Origin: Candidatus Nitrospinota bacterium M3_3B_026
GTDB taxonomy: Bacteria > Nitrospinota_A > UBA7883 > JBPRGF01
DNA: 64,000 nt
Assembly (NCBI GenBank): GCA_051418015.1
Contig: JBPRGF010000033.1
Coordinates: 288,001-352,000, forward strand
Reading direction: 5' to 3'
Shown in pieces: positions 8,790-18,071 of the stretch. The notes beneath the pieces are model-generated. The model worked only from the letters and a program-made list of their open reading frames with translations. It was not told where the DNA came from and ran no database searches. Made by a program: the position numbers and the translations under genes. Position 1 is the first letter of the stretch; each line of letters begins with the position of its first letter.

Positions 8790-11700
8790 TCACCGGGAGT
8801 GGCATCGTTCGATATAAGGGCAGCGTCCAGCCTCGCAGAAAGCCTCGTCGATGGTCATCCATTCGCTCTCCGGCTTCCCGTCGAGGCGGGCTATCAGCGA
8901 GGCGGCGTCGAGGATCGTCTTGCGGATTCCTTTCAGGTCGGCCCTCATAACGCGGATGGGCGAGACCGGCGACTCCTTCTCCTTCAGGTAGACGAGCGCC
9001 AGGTCCAGCGTGTCCATCCCCATCCGCTCCATCAGCGTGTAGGCGTATAGCTTGAGCTGGAGGATGTACCGGGGCTCGTCGGCCGGTTTTTCGGAGTATT
9101 TGTAGTCGGCGACCCTCCATTCTTCCCCGTTGAACCACGCGATGTCCGCCGCCCCAGCCACCGTCACCGTCATGCCTGGCCCCACGAGCCGCAGGGCCAT
9201 CGGTATCTCTCTTAAAATCGCCTCTTGTGGAGTGGAGGAAAGCTCCGACAGCGGCGGAGAGGAGAAGGCCCGCTCCAGGCTGTGAAGTATTTCTTCGCGT
9301 CCCTCCACGTCCAGGCCGGAAAACTCCTCCGCCACGGCTTTTTCCAGCGCGTCCTCCGGCGCTCCCAGCCCCAGCGGCGCCTTCTCCAGCAGGGTGTGGA
9401 TGCGAGAGCCGAGGCTGACAGGCGACGTCTCCGGCGCCAGGCCGGCCGGATAGACGGCCCCCGGGCGGGAGGGGGGCAGCTTCATCACCCCCTGGTAGTA
9501 GTAGAGCCTCGGACAGCGGCGCAGGGTGGCAAGGCCGGTCGCGGTGATCTTTATCTCCGGCCTGGAGGGTTTTCGTTTCTTCGCGGCGGCAGGCGACGGG
9601 GGCCTTCGTTTCGCGATGGCCTCCGCCTCAAGGGGAGCTTCCCTCCGCGCGGTCTCCGGGGACGCCGTGCAGGCCGCGGCCTCGATGGCCTCGACTTCCA
9701 GCCCAGCCTCGGCGATGATGTCATCGACCCATTTTTCCCACTTCCCCTTCCTGCCCGAAGACCCGCTCAGGATGAGCCTGTCCTTCGCCCTCGTCATGGC
9801 GACGTAGAGCAGACGCGCAAGCTCGGCCTCCCCGGCGGCGTTCTCGGCGGCGCGGACTTTTTCGAACATCGGCCCGGCGGCCCATTCGCCGCTTTCCGGG
9901 TCGTGGACCTTCATCCCGATTCCCGCGCTGTGATGGAAGGCCGTCCTGCCTCCACCCGCTGTCTCGCCAGCGCCGAGGTCGCCCACTATCACGATGGGGA
10001 ACTCCAGCCCCTTGCTCTGGTGCGTGGTCATTATCGTCACGGCGTCGCCGCCCGCGTTTATCTCCGCCTGCGCCTCCCTGGAGATATCCTCGCCTTCCAT
10101 CCGGGAGAGCCTCTGTATAAAGTTTTTCAGCCCCTTCCCCTCGTCCGACTCGAACCGCCTGGCCATCTCGATCAGCTTGAACAGGTTGGCCAGCCGCTGC
10201 TCGCCGTGGAACCTGCCTATCATCACCGCGCCGTAGCCCGTCTCCGCGAGGACCGTCTCCAGAAGCTCGGATATCATCATCCTGTCCCGCGTCTTTTTCC
10301 ATCGGCGGAACATTTCGGCGAATGTTTTGAGCTTTTCCCTGTCCTCTTTGTCGAGCCCCGGCGGGGTCTTTTTTTTCAGGATGAAATCCTCCGGCGCCTT
10401 GCGGGTCGCGCCGTCTTCTCCGCGGACGATTCTCAGGATCGCCGCGTCGCTCAACCCCGCCAGGGGCGAGCGCAGGACGCTCATGAGCGCGAGCCTGTCC
10501 CGTGAATAGTCCAGGGCCTTCAGCAGGCTGATGAAGTCCCGTATCTCCTGGGCGTGGTAAAACCCCTTGCCCCGCGCCACCTGGAAAGGGACACCGGCGA
10601 ACCGGAAGGCGTTTTCATACAGGTGGAGGTTGGTGAACTTTCTCAGCAAAAGCGCCACGTCGCCGAGCCCCGCGGGGCGGACGCCGGAGCCGTTCGCATG
10701 TCGTACCATGATCCCGCCGCTGGCGATATCCTTCGCCACGAAGCTTGCGATGGTGGCCGCCTCCAGCGCCCGGTAGTCTTCCGCCCTGCCGTTGTCGATG
10801 TTGAAGGAGAGCCTGGTCACCGGTCTTTCAGGGCCGTCGTCCCTGAACCTTGGCCTGAGGCTGTCCCTTTCGGGGTCGAACCGCGCGTCTTCCGGACCAC
10901 TACCCTTCATGAGCGCCGGGAAGAAGCCGTTGGTGAAACGGATGAGCCCCGGCGTGGAGCGGAAGTTCTTGGTCAGGGAGTATTCGCGCCCCCCGCTGCT
11001 TCGTATCATCTCCGCCACCTTTCCGAAGACGGTGACATCGGCCCCACGGAATCCATATATGGACTGTTTCACGTCCCCGACGACGAACAGCCTGCCGGAG
11101 CCGGGGGGCGCGAGCAGGGCTATGATCTCCTGTTGCAGGTCGTTGATGTCCTGGAATTCGTCCACCAGCGCGCGCCTGAACTTGCCGGAGAGAATGCGGC
11201 CCGTCTCCGGGTCTTTCCTTAAAAGGTCGCGGGCCTTCTCCTGCAGGTCGTCGTAGTCGAGCAGGGATTTTTTGTCTTTGACGCGGGAGTAGTCCCTTAT
11301 CACCTCTTCCATGACCTCCAGGAACGCTCGCGTGTTCGCCGCCGCCTCCCATTCAAGCGCTGGGGCCGCCATCCGGGCCAGCAGCTCGCCCGCCTCCTCC
11401 CCGCCCGCGGCGCTTTTCAGGCTTGCGGAGAGCTTGTGAAGCTCCACGGCATGGGCCAGAGAGGGGTCTGGAGACTCAAAAAGCTCCGGCCGCTCATTCA
11501 TCGTCTCCGTGAGCTTGAAGATTCTTGTGTTTTTCCTGGCTTTGCGCATCTCCGGGATCAGGGCGGAAAGCTCCTTGCGGGCAGCCTCAGCGTCGGCGTT
11601 GTCCAAAGTCCCCAGGAAACGCTCATAGTCCGAAAGCAGGGTTAGCGGCGTTTTGTTCGCCGCTCTCACCAGCGGGATCATGTCCACGATGTGGTTGACC

Positions 11701-12275
11701 AGCCCCGGCGACTTGAACCCCAGGTCGCGCGTCAGCCGGGCCGCGCCGCCGTGTCCGTCCCGCAGCAGCCTCAGGACGGTGTTCACGGCCGTTTTTTCCA
11801 GGAGCTCGGCCGCATCCATCTCGTCCATGACGGAGAAGGCCGGGTCCACCCCGGCGGCTATGGGGTTCTCTCTGAGCAATCGGGCGCAAAACGAGTGGAT
11901 GGTGGAGATATACGCCCCCTGCAGGGCCTGCCGCTGGCGGACGAGGTGGGCGAGCGCCTTTTCCTTTTCCCCCCAGCCCGGCGCGTCTTCGGGGAGGTTG
12001 GCCGTGGAGACCTCGACCTTCGCCGCTCTCCTCAGTTTTTCTATCTTGCCAGTCAGCCTGTCCCGGACGCGTTGTTTCATCTCCGCGGCTGCCTTCTCCG
12101 TGAAGGTGATGGCCACGAGCTGGTCCACGCGGGTGTAGCCTTCGTCTCCGTGGCGGAGAAGCTCGCTTACGTATTTCGAGACCAGCGCGTGGGTCTTGCC
12201 GGTTCCTGCGCCCGCGTGGAAGAGCATGTCCGCATCGCAGGCTCTTTTCTTTTCCACGGGCGTGGGCGTGTTCAA
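8790..12275 (-). CDS. addA: AddA/RecB-like UvrD helicase with C-terminal PD-(D/E)XK nuclease
   Basis: Walker A AGAGTGKT, AITFTEKAA, TIHSFC, VDEFQD, VGDVKQSIYGFRGA, THQSKGLEF, YVAMTRA, ADYKY...QLKLYA. Start is probably the TTG at 12275 overlapping the addB stop. Confidence 0.9.
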   Translation of the reverse strand: MNTPTPVEKKRACDADMLFHAGAGTGKTHALVSKYVSELLRHGDEGYTRVDQLVAITFTEKAAAEMKQRVRDRLTGKIEKLRRAAKVEVSTANLPEDAPGWGEKEKALAHLVRQRQALQGAYISTIHSFCARLLRENPIAAGVDPAFSVMDEMDAAELLEKTAVNTVLRLLRDGHGGAARLTRDLGFKSPGLVNHIVDMIPLVRAANKTPLTLLSDYERFLGTLDNADAEAARKELSALIPEMRKARKNTRIFKLTETMNERPELFESPDPSLAHAVELHKLSASLKSAAGGEEAGELLARMAAPALEWEAAANTRAFLEVMEEVIRDYSRVKDKKSLLDYDDLQEKARDLLRKDPETGRILSGKFRRALVDEFQDINDLQQEIIALLAPPGSGRLFVVGDVKQSIYGFRGADVTVFGKVAEMIRSSGGREYSLTKNFRSTPGLIRFTNGFFPALMKGSGPEDARFDPERDSLRPRFRDDGPERPVTRLSFNIDNGRAEDYRALEAATIASFVAKDIASGGIMVRHANGSGVRPAGLGDVALLLRKFTNLHLYENAFRFAGVPFQVARGKGFYHAQEIRDFISLLKALDYSRDRLALMSVLRSPLAGLSDAAILRIVRGEDGATRKAPEDFILKKKTPPGLDKEDREKLKTFAEMFRRWKKTRDRMMISELLETVLAETGYGAVMIGRFHGEQRLANLFKLIEMARRFESDEGKGLKNFIQRLSRMEGEDISREAQAEINAGGDAVTIMTTHQSKGLEFPIVIVGDLGAGETAGGGRTAFHHSAGIGMKVHDPESGEWAAGPMFEKVRAAENAAGEAELARLLYVAMTRAKDRLILSGSSGRKGKWEKWVDDIIAEAGLEVEAIEAAACTASPETARREAPLEAEAIAKRRPPSPAAAKKRKPSRPEIKITATGLATLRRCPRLYYYQGVMKLPPSRPGAVYPAGLAPETSPVSLGSRIHTLLEKAPLGLGAPEDALEKAVAEEFSGLDVEGREEILHSLERAFSSPPLSELSSTPQEAILREIPMALRLVGPGMTVTVAGAADIAWFNGEEWRVADYKYSEKPADEPRYILQLKLYAYTLMERMGMDTLDLALVYLKEKESPVSPIRVMRADLKGIRKTILDAASLIARLDGKPESEWMTIDEAFCEAGRCPYIERCHSR

Positions 12276-15200
12276 CTGTCCCCTCCCGTCTCCGTGCCCG
12301 GAGCGGCCAGGAGCCTGCACAGCGAGGGGAAATCGCAGTAGTCGCACGATTCGGGATCGGGCGGGTAAACTCCCCCTTCCGCCCGCTCCATGGCGCCCAG
12401 GAGGACGGCTTCGAACAAGGCGTTTGCGTCCTTCGGGGGCTCGGCGCCGAGGGGGGAGAGAAACAGGCCGTCGTCCACCGGCGTTCGGTTTCTCCCCGCG
12501 TCCGTCCGGATCAGGATATCCCCCTTCTTTATCGCGCCCAGCAGGCGGTATCCGCCGGAGAGCCTTTTCGCCTCGTCAAGGAGCCCCCCGCCGAGGACGT
12601 AATCCCTGGCAAGGATCATGTACGCCGGGAGTTGGAACGAGGTTTTGCCCATGTTCTCGCGCCGGACGAATTTCCTGTAGCGGGTGGTGTTGGCGCCGAG
12701 CTTGTAGTCGATCACGCGGATTTCTTTTTTCTCAGGGTTGACGTCGATCCTGTCGATGGAGCCAACAAGGAGCCTGTCCACGCCGTCCCTGCCCCTGATC
12801 CTGTGTGGCGGGTTCTTCGCGTTTTTATAGAACTCCGGCAGATCGAACCTGGCCTCCACGGCCACGGGGACGAAACCGCTTTCCGATCTTTCCTCGATCT
12901 CTTTTTTCACTACGATGGCGAGTCTCGCCAGGGTTCGCTCCTTTTGCGTTTTCCAGACCGCCGGGTCACCCTGCCTGCCTTCCTTCTCGTATTTTTCGAA
13001 CACGCGGCGGGCCGACTCCGCGATCTCGCGCGTCATCATGGGCCCGTCCAGGCGCGCCGCCTCGCTCTTTTCGATAAGCCGCCCGTAGAAATCCTCCAGT
13101 ATCTCGTGCTGGAGGGAGCCGGTCTGCCTGGCATCAAGCTGCGGCTCCGGCTCGGCCGGGGGCTCGAGCTTAAGGAGCTTCGCGGCAAAATAGCGGAAAA
13201 GGCACTGGCCGAGCTTTTCGAGATCGGTGGGAGAGTGGCGCGCTTTCTCGTTCTCCAGCCGGACGCGCTTTGCGAGGTCTTCGGCCCCGGCCAGGAGCCC
13301 GTTGTGGGGTGATGTCATCCGTCGCTTCTTTTGCGGGTCTGTCTCGTGGAAGAAGGCGTCCCTGCCACGCTCCATCGCGGAGAGGCCAAGCAGCCTGACG
13401 AACCTGCTCCACCCGCCGCGTCCCCCGGCCGCGTCGGCTATCATTTTCTCCAGTTCGGCTTTTTCCGGCTGTCCCCTGAAAAGCTCCAGCAGAAGCTTTG
13501 TCTTTTTCTCTTCCGGGTCTATAAGCTCCTCGTATCTCTTCTGGATGGCGAGCCTCGGCCCCTCCTTCACCATCGCCTCGCGCTCTTTCCCCGCGGCGCC
13601 GGGCGCGAGGGCGTCCAGAACGTCGTCTACGAACTGGGAGCGCATCAAGGGGGAGCCGTCCAGCTCCATATCGCTGTAGGTCAGCGTGACGCGCTCTCCG
13701 GCGGTTTTCAGGGCCTGGAAGAAAAGGAGGGACTCCTCCCGCCACTTGTCCGCCGCCTTGTCGAAGACTTTTCGCCCCTTCGCGATGCCTGGGTCATCTT
13801 CCGCAGCCTCCGTCGCCCAAGCCTGGTTGAACCTCTCCTTTTCCGTGTCGTTGAGTATGGAGCCCGTTTCGATCCGTCTCGGGAACTCGCCTTCGCTCAA
13901 GCCCGCGATGAACAGGAACCGGAAAGCGGCCCCCACGGCGTCGTGCACGCCGAGGACGGCGGCCCTGTTTTCGTCCGCCGCGGCCTGGTCGGGGATGTCC
14001 CCTGCGTTTATCTGGTTCTCCAGCAGGCCGCGCAGGCCGTCGAAACCCGCGCCGCCGCCGCGCGCCCCGAGACTCTCGGCCGAGCGGGCCGCCTCTGTGA
14101 TGGTGTCCGACAGGAGGGCGAGGGAGCTGTTGTCGCGGAACCCTGCCGTCTCCGCCATCGGGCCCTCGACCGTTTCTCCGGGCCCGAAATCGAGAAAATC
14201 CAGGAGTTCTTTCAGGGCGGCGAAAAAGTCCGGCGGCCTGTTTTTGCCGCCGAAACTCTCCAGCCTCTTTATCAGGCCGATGGTCTCAGCCGCGATTTTC
14301 CCGCTTCCGGGCGGTTTTTGTTTCCGGGGAAGTTTTTTGAAAAGGGCGCTCCATTTGCGCGAAGGACCACCCATGATCCCTGCTTTCAGGAAAAGGCCGC
14401 GCGCCGCGTCGGGGTCGAGATTTTCGAACCTGTGGAAATATGGCGAAGAGAGGACGCGCAGGACGCTTTCCCTTTCGAACCCGCCGTCGATCGCCTCGAA
14501 CAGAGAAAAAAGCGCCCGGGCCGCCGGACTCTGGCCGAGGCTCAGGCCGCGCCTCATCCTGAAGGGTATCCGGTAGCGTCTGAAGACATCCTCCACTATG
14601 GCCCCGTATGGCCTCACGTCCCGCAGGACAAGGCCGAAGTCCGCCCACCGGGAGCCGGTCTTCTCCCTCGTGGAGACGATCCTGGCGCCGACTTCCTCTA
14701 TCTCCCGGTACCTGCTGGACAGTCTCAGTATCTCCACCCTTTCGATGAGAGCCTCGTCCGGCGGGGCCGGCTCCGGCGAAAGGCTGAATATCCTCTTGCG
14801 CAAGGGCCCGAGCGGCCCGCCGGAAGCCTCCTCGTAATGTATCGAAAGCCCCCCTTCGGCGTCCGCGAGATCCTCGAACTTCTCTATGTTGGATACGATG
14901 AATCCAAAAGCTTTCGCCCTCTCATCCGGCAGGGGGACGACGATGGTTACGGGAATTTTCCTCGCTATGCGGCGGAAGAGCTCGAACCTGTACGGGGTGA
15001 ACTGGTATATGTCGCGCAGGGCGATGGCGTCGAACCGCCGCAGGGTGGGGGCGTTAAAGGCGTCTTCGCCGTCCAGCGCCTCGATGAGCCGCTGGCGCAG
15101 GATTCCCTCGTCCACAAACCCGCGCTCTTTCAGCCTGCCCCTGTAACGTTCATAAAGTCCGGCGATCTCATCCTCCTTGGAAGGGGCGTAATCCCTGATC

Positions 15201-15541
15201 GCCGCCAGCCCCTCCGGCGCGACAAGACCCGCGCCAAGCTCGTCGAAGAAGGAAAGCAGGGCGGCGTTGAACCCGGCCCTCGTCATGGCCGGTCTGAGCG
15301 CGCCGCCGCGCCGCCTGTAATAATCGCCGATCACCTCGGCGAGCAGCAGCGACCTGCCGAATCCGCCCAGGGGCCTCGAGGGGCCGAGTATCTCCGCCTG
15401 GAGGCGGCGCTCGAAAGCGCCAAAGGTCATCATGTACGGCGTGACCGCCGCCGCGTTCCCGCCGCTGTCCAATAGCTCGTCCACGGCCATGGAGAGGCGT
15501 TGGGCGGTGGGGTAAAGGACGAGGGAGAATCGCTGGATCAT
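12272..15541 (-). CDS. addB: AddB-like inactive-helicase / PD-(D/E)XK nuclease with Fe-S staple cysteines
   Basis: No Walker A; C-terminal SPTDLE..GQCLFRYF, GSIDRID, VIDYK, FQLPAY, CDYCDFPSLC; coupled to the addA-like gene. Confidence 0.85.
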   Translation of the reverse strand: MIQRFSLVLYPTAQRLSMAVDELLDSGGNAAAVTPYMMTFGAFERRLQAEILGPSRPLGGFGRSLLLAEVIGDYYRRRGGALRPAMTRAGFNAALLSFFDELGAGLVAPEGLAAIRDYAPSKEDEIAGLYERYRGRLKERGFVDEGILRQRLIEALDGEDAFNAPTLRRFDAIALRDIYQFTPYRFELFRRIARKIPVTIVVPLPDERAKAFGFIVSNIEKFEDLADAEGGLSIHYEEASGGPLGPLRKRIFSLSPEPAPPDEALIERVEILRLSSRYREIEEVGARIVSTREKTGSRWADFGLVLRDVRPYGAIVEDVFRRYRIPFRMRRGLSLGQSPAARALFSLFEAIDGGFERESVLRVLSSPYFHRFENLDPDAARGLFLKAGIMGGPSRKWSALFKKLPRKQKPPGSGKIAAETIGLIKRLESFGGKNRPPDFFAALKELLDFLDFGPGETVEGPMAETAGFRDNSSLALLSDTITEAARSAESLGARGGGAGFDGLRGLLENQINAGDIPDQAAADENRAAVLGVHDAVGAAFRFLFIAGLSEGEFPRRIETGSILNDTEKERFNQAWATEAAEDDPGIAKGRKVFDKAADKWREESLLFFQALKTAGERVTLTYSDMELDGSPLMRSQFVDDVLDALAPGAAGKEREAMVKEGPRLAIQKRYEELIDPEEKKTKLLLELFRGQPEKAELEKMIADAAGGRGGWSRFVRLLGLSAMERGRDAFFHETDPQKKRRMTSPHNGLLAGAEDLAKRVRLENEKARHSPTDLEKLGQCLFRYFAAKLLKLEPPAEPEPQLDARQTGSLQHEILEDFYGRLIEKSEAARLDGPMMTREIAESARRVFEKYEKEGRQGDPAVWKTQKERTLARLAIVVKKEIEERSESGFVPVAVEARFDLPEFYKNAKNPPHRIRGRDGVDRLLVGSIDRIDVNPEKKEIRVIDYKLGANTTRYRKFVRRENMGKTSFQLPAYMILARDYVLGGGLLDEAKRLSGGYRLLGAIKKGDILIRTDAGRNRTPVDDGLFLSPLGAEPPKDANALFEAVLLGAMERAEGGVYPPDPESCDYCDFPSLCRLLAAPGTETGGDS

Positions 15542-15612
15542 TACCCGAGAGTGTCCAAAATAGCCTGGCTCATACCGGTTCTCCGCCGGATTCTATCACG
15601 TCCCGAAAGCCG

Positions 15613-15639
15613 TTGACACGACGGGCGGATGCGTATAAT
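15613..15639 (+). promoter_or_regulatory. Sigma70-type promoter upstream of the cupin gene
   Basis: Perfect TTGACA (15613-15618) and TATAAT (15634-15639), but only a 15-nt spacer. Confidence 0.5.
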
Positions 15640-15744
15640 ATTTAGACTGAATATAAAAATCAACGGGCGCGCCGGGGGGATGTTTCGGGCGCGGCTCGCG
15701 GAGGGGGCTTTGCTAGAACCTGTTTTTGGAGGAGTTTTGAGAGT

Positions 15745-16104
15745 ATGACTACCCAGACAATCCAAAGCGGCGACATCCACGCCAGCGCGGAATGGAAAGA
15801 CGACAGTGTGCCCAAGGTCACCCTTGTGAAGACCGACAAGCTCAGCCTTGACGTCTATTATTTCAACCCGGGCCAGAGGCTCGGCTACCATCGCCATCCC
15901 GAGGGCGACCAGATTTTCACAGTCATAGAGGGCGAGGGCGCCTTTTATCTCAAGGACGAGCAGGAAGAGACCATCACCGTGAAGCCCGGCTCGGTCTTCC
16001 TGGCGCCGGCGAACGTGTGGCACGACCTGCATAACACCGGCTCTGAAAAGCTCATCGCTCAGCAGGTGACAAAGCAGCCGGCTGGCATGGAGAAGATGAA
16101 GTAA
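15745..16104 (+). CDS. Cupin-domain protein
   Basis: HRHPEGDQIFTVIEGEG and PGSVFLAPANVWH cupin motifs; GGAGGAG RBS. Confidence 0.88.
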   Translation: MTTQTIQSGDIHASAEWKDDSVPKVTLVKTDKLSLDVYYFNPGQRLGYHRHPEGDQIFTVIEGEGAFYLKDEQEETITVKPGSVFLAPANVWHDLHNTGSEKLIAQQVTKQPAGMEKMK

Positions 16105-16131
16105 GGGCTGGCGCGCCAGGAAGCTTTTTTC

Positions 16132-16168
16132 AAGCGCGGGTCTTTGTTCTAAGGCCCGCGCTTTTTTT
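16132..16168 (+). terminator. Rho-independent terminator after the cupin gene
   Basis: AAGCGCGGGTCTT / AAGGCCCGCGCTT stem running into a T-run, between convergent genes. Confidence 0.8.
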
Positions 16169-16191
16169 GTCTTCGGCCGCTGATATCAACG

Positions 16192-17082
16192 TTAAGCAAG
16201 GACGTCCCGCAGGCCTATAAAAACATCGCCCAGCGCCCCGCCGAACTCCGGGGCGGATATCGACACGACCCCTTCCGCCCCGCAGGCGGCCCGGACGCCC
16301 TCGCCCATGGCCGCCTTCACGGATCGAAGGTCGACGCCGTTTATGATTATTTCCAGCACGGAGCCCACCCCCTTCGGCGGAACGTTCCCCGCCTCGTCGC
16401 GCAGGGAAGGACAAAATTTTTCGTTCGTGGACGCGCCGAGGAACTTGTATTTCGAGCCGACTTTAGAAGCTGATCTGCACACGCCGCCGGGGAAGGGGAG
16501 GATGACGCCCGGCATGTGGTCTATGGCTCCCACGGCGCGAATGGCGGCGTCCGCCGCGGATTTTCTATCCCTCGCCATGATGAGAAACGCCCCCCCGGCC
16601 ACGCCTTGTCGAATCGAAAGACTCTCCTCGACGAAAAACTCCCCCTCGGTGACAGGTATCGACCACATCTTTCTGCCATGGACTTTTCGAGGCCGCTCAT
16701 GCCCGTCGCCGAAATAGCGCAACCGCGCGCCGACGTCGAGCTTTTCTCCGCTTTTGCGCCCGCCCCCGCCATCGAAAAGGACCGTGGTGGGGCAGGTTAG
16801 GATCGCCTGTCCGGCTCGGGCGATGAGCTGCTCCTTGAGCTTGCCCTCCGTCCTCGAGAAGAACAGGAGGTATACCCCCGGCCGCCCGTCGGGGGTCTTT
16901 TTGGCCCGGCCCTCGAGGCCCGCCTCGGCGCCGCATCCTATAATGGACGTGGCGAAGCCGGTGGAGGCGCTTGTGGCGGCGGCCAGCCAGTAGTCGTTCT
17001 CCGCGGTGACGAGAACGCGGGCGAAGGGCATTCTGAAAGCCTCCGCGCGCGCGTTTTCTATGAACACGCCGTTGATTTTCAT
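16192..17082 (-). CDS. ftr: Formylmethanofuran--tetrahydromethanopterin N-formyltransferase
   Basis: MKINGVFIE..AEAF, TGFATSIIGC.AEAG, TPDGRPG, GQAILTCPTT, LRYFGDG, IPVTEGEF, PFPGGVCRS.SKVGSKY, ASTNEKFCP, LEIIING. Confidence 0.92.
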   Translation of the reverse strand: MKINGVFIENARAEAFRMPFARVLVTAENDYWLAAATSASTGFATSIIGCGAEAGLEGRAKKTPDGRPGVYLLFFSRTEGKLKEQLIARAGQAILTCPTTVLFDGGGGRKSGEKLDVGARLRYFGDGHERPRKVHGRKMWSIPVTEGEFFVEESLSIRQGVAGGAFLIMARDRKSAADAAIRAVGAIDHMPGVILPFPGGVCRSASKVGSKYKFLGASTNEKFCPSLRDEAGNVPPKGVGSVLEIIINGVDLRSVKAAMGEGVRAACGAEGVVSISAPEFGGALGDVFIGLRDVLA

Positions 17083-17228
17083 CGGCGTTATTCTAACATC
17101 GGCGGAGGGGCTTTTTGTGGTAGTCTCGGAACTTGGATGGTGGAGAGTTCGTCATTCTGGGCCGCCTGGCTCAGCAAACATTAACACGCTATCCAAACCC
17201 CGCAGCGAATCATCGGGAGGTTTTTTAA

Positions 17229-18065
17229 GTGAGCGACAGCATCATCCTCGAACAGCTCGAGCTGGAGATGATAATAGGTGTCTTTGACTGGGAGCGCAAG
17301 ACCAGGCAGCCGGTGCTCATAGACCTCGAGTTGGAGGTGGACACGGAGCCTGCGGCCAGGACGGACTCCATAGAGCAGGCCGTCGATTACAAGTCGATCG
17401 CCAAGTCCATAATCGTCCGCCTTGAGCCAAGCGAGTTTTACCTTGTGGAGACGGTGGCCGAGACGGTGGCCGAAATATGCCTTTCGAGCGAGGGGGTGAA
17501 GAGCGCCACGGTGAAGGTGTCCAAGCCGGGAGCGGTGCGCGGCTCGAAAAACGTGGCGGTGCGGATAACGCGCCCTTCGGGGGATCATGTTATCTATCTC
17601 GGCGTCGGAGGCAACATCGAGCCGGAGAAAAATATCAAGGCCGGCCTGGAAATGCTGAAAAGCAGGTTCAACGTTAAAGCAGCATCCCCAATGTACCGTT
17701 CCACCGCCTGGGGGGTAAAGGATGAGCAGCCGGACTATTTAAACCTCGCGGTGATGGCCGAAACCGGCAAGGACCTTTTCGGCGTCCGGGCGGAGATACG
17801 CTGGATCGAAGAGCTTCTGGGGCGCAGGCGGACGCTGGACAGGTTCGCCCCCCGCACGCTGGACATAGACCTTTTGCTGTACGACGATCTTGTGTTGGAC
17901 GACGAGGGCGGCAGGCTGCCGCATCCGCAGCTTCTGACGCAGCAATTTGTCTACCTGCCGATGATGGATATCGCCCCCGGCGTCGTGGTTCCGGGAACGG
18001 GAGCGGCGTTGAAGGATATCGAGCCGGAATACGCCGATCCGGATCTTGCGATAAGGAAGGTCTGA
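17229..18065 (+). CDS. folBK: Fused dihydroneopterin aldolase (FolB) and 6-hydroxymethyl-dihydropterin pyrophosphokinase (FolK)
   Basis: N-terminal IGVFDWER..RQPV.IDL, VDY, LVETVAE, KPGA; C-terminal YLGVGGN, PDYLN, PRTLDIDLL, LPHP. Confidence 0.92.
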   Translation: MSDSIILEQLELEMIIGVFDWERKTRQPVLIDLELEVDTEPAARTDSIEQAVDYKSIAKSIIVRLEPSEFYLVETVAETVAEICLSSEGVKSATVKVSKPGAVRGSKNVAVRITRPSGDHVIYLGVGGNIEPEKNIKAGLEMLKSRFNVKAASPMYRSTAWGVKDEQPDYLNLAVMAETGKDLFGVRAEIRWIEELLGRRRTLDRFAPRTLDIDLLLYDDLVLDDEGGRLPHPQLLTQQFVYLPMMDIAPGVVVPGTGAALKDIEPEYADPDLAIRKV

Positions 18066-18071
18066 AAAACT

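Noticed and set aside
13331..15475. 714-aa + strand ORF, and similar long ORFs at 19566-21131, 20996-23020, 26230-27633 and 34402-35895
   Set aside because: They lie largely antisense to well-supported genes and have no recognisable motifs; long shadow ORFs are expected at this GC content.
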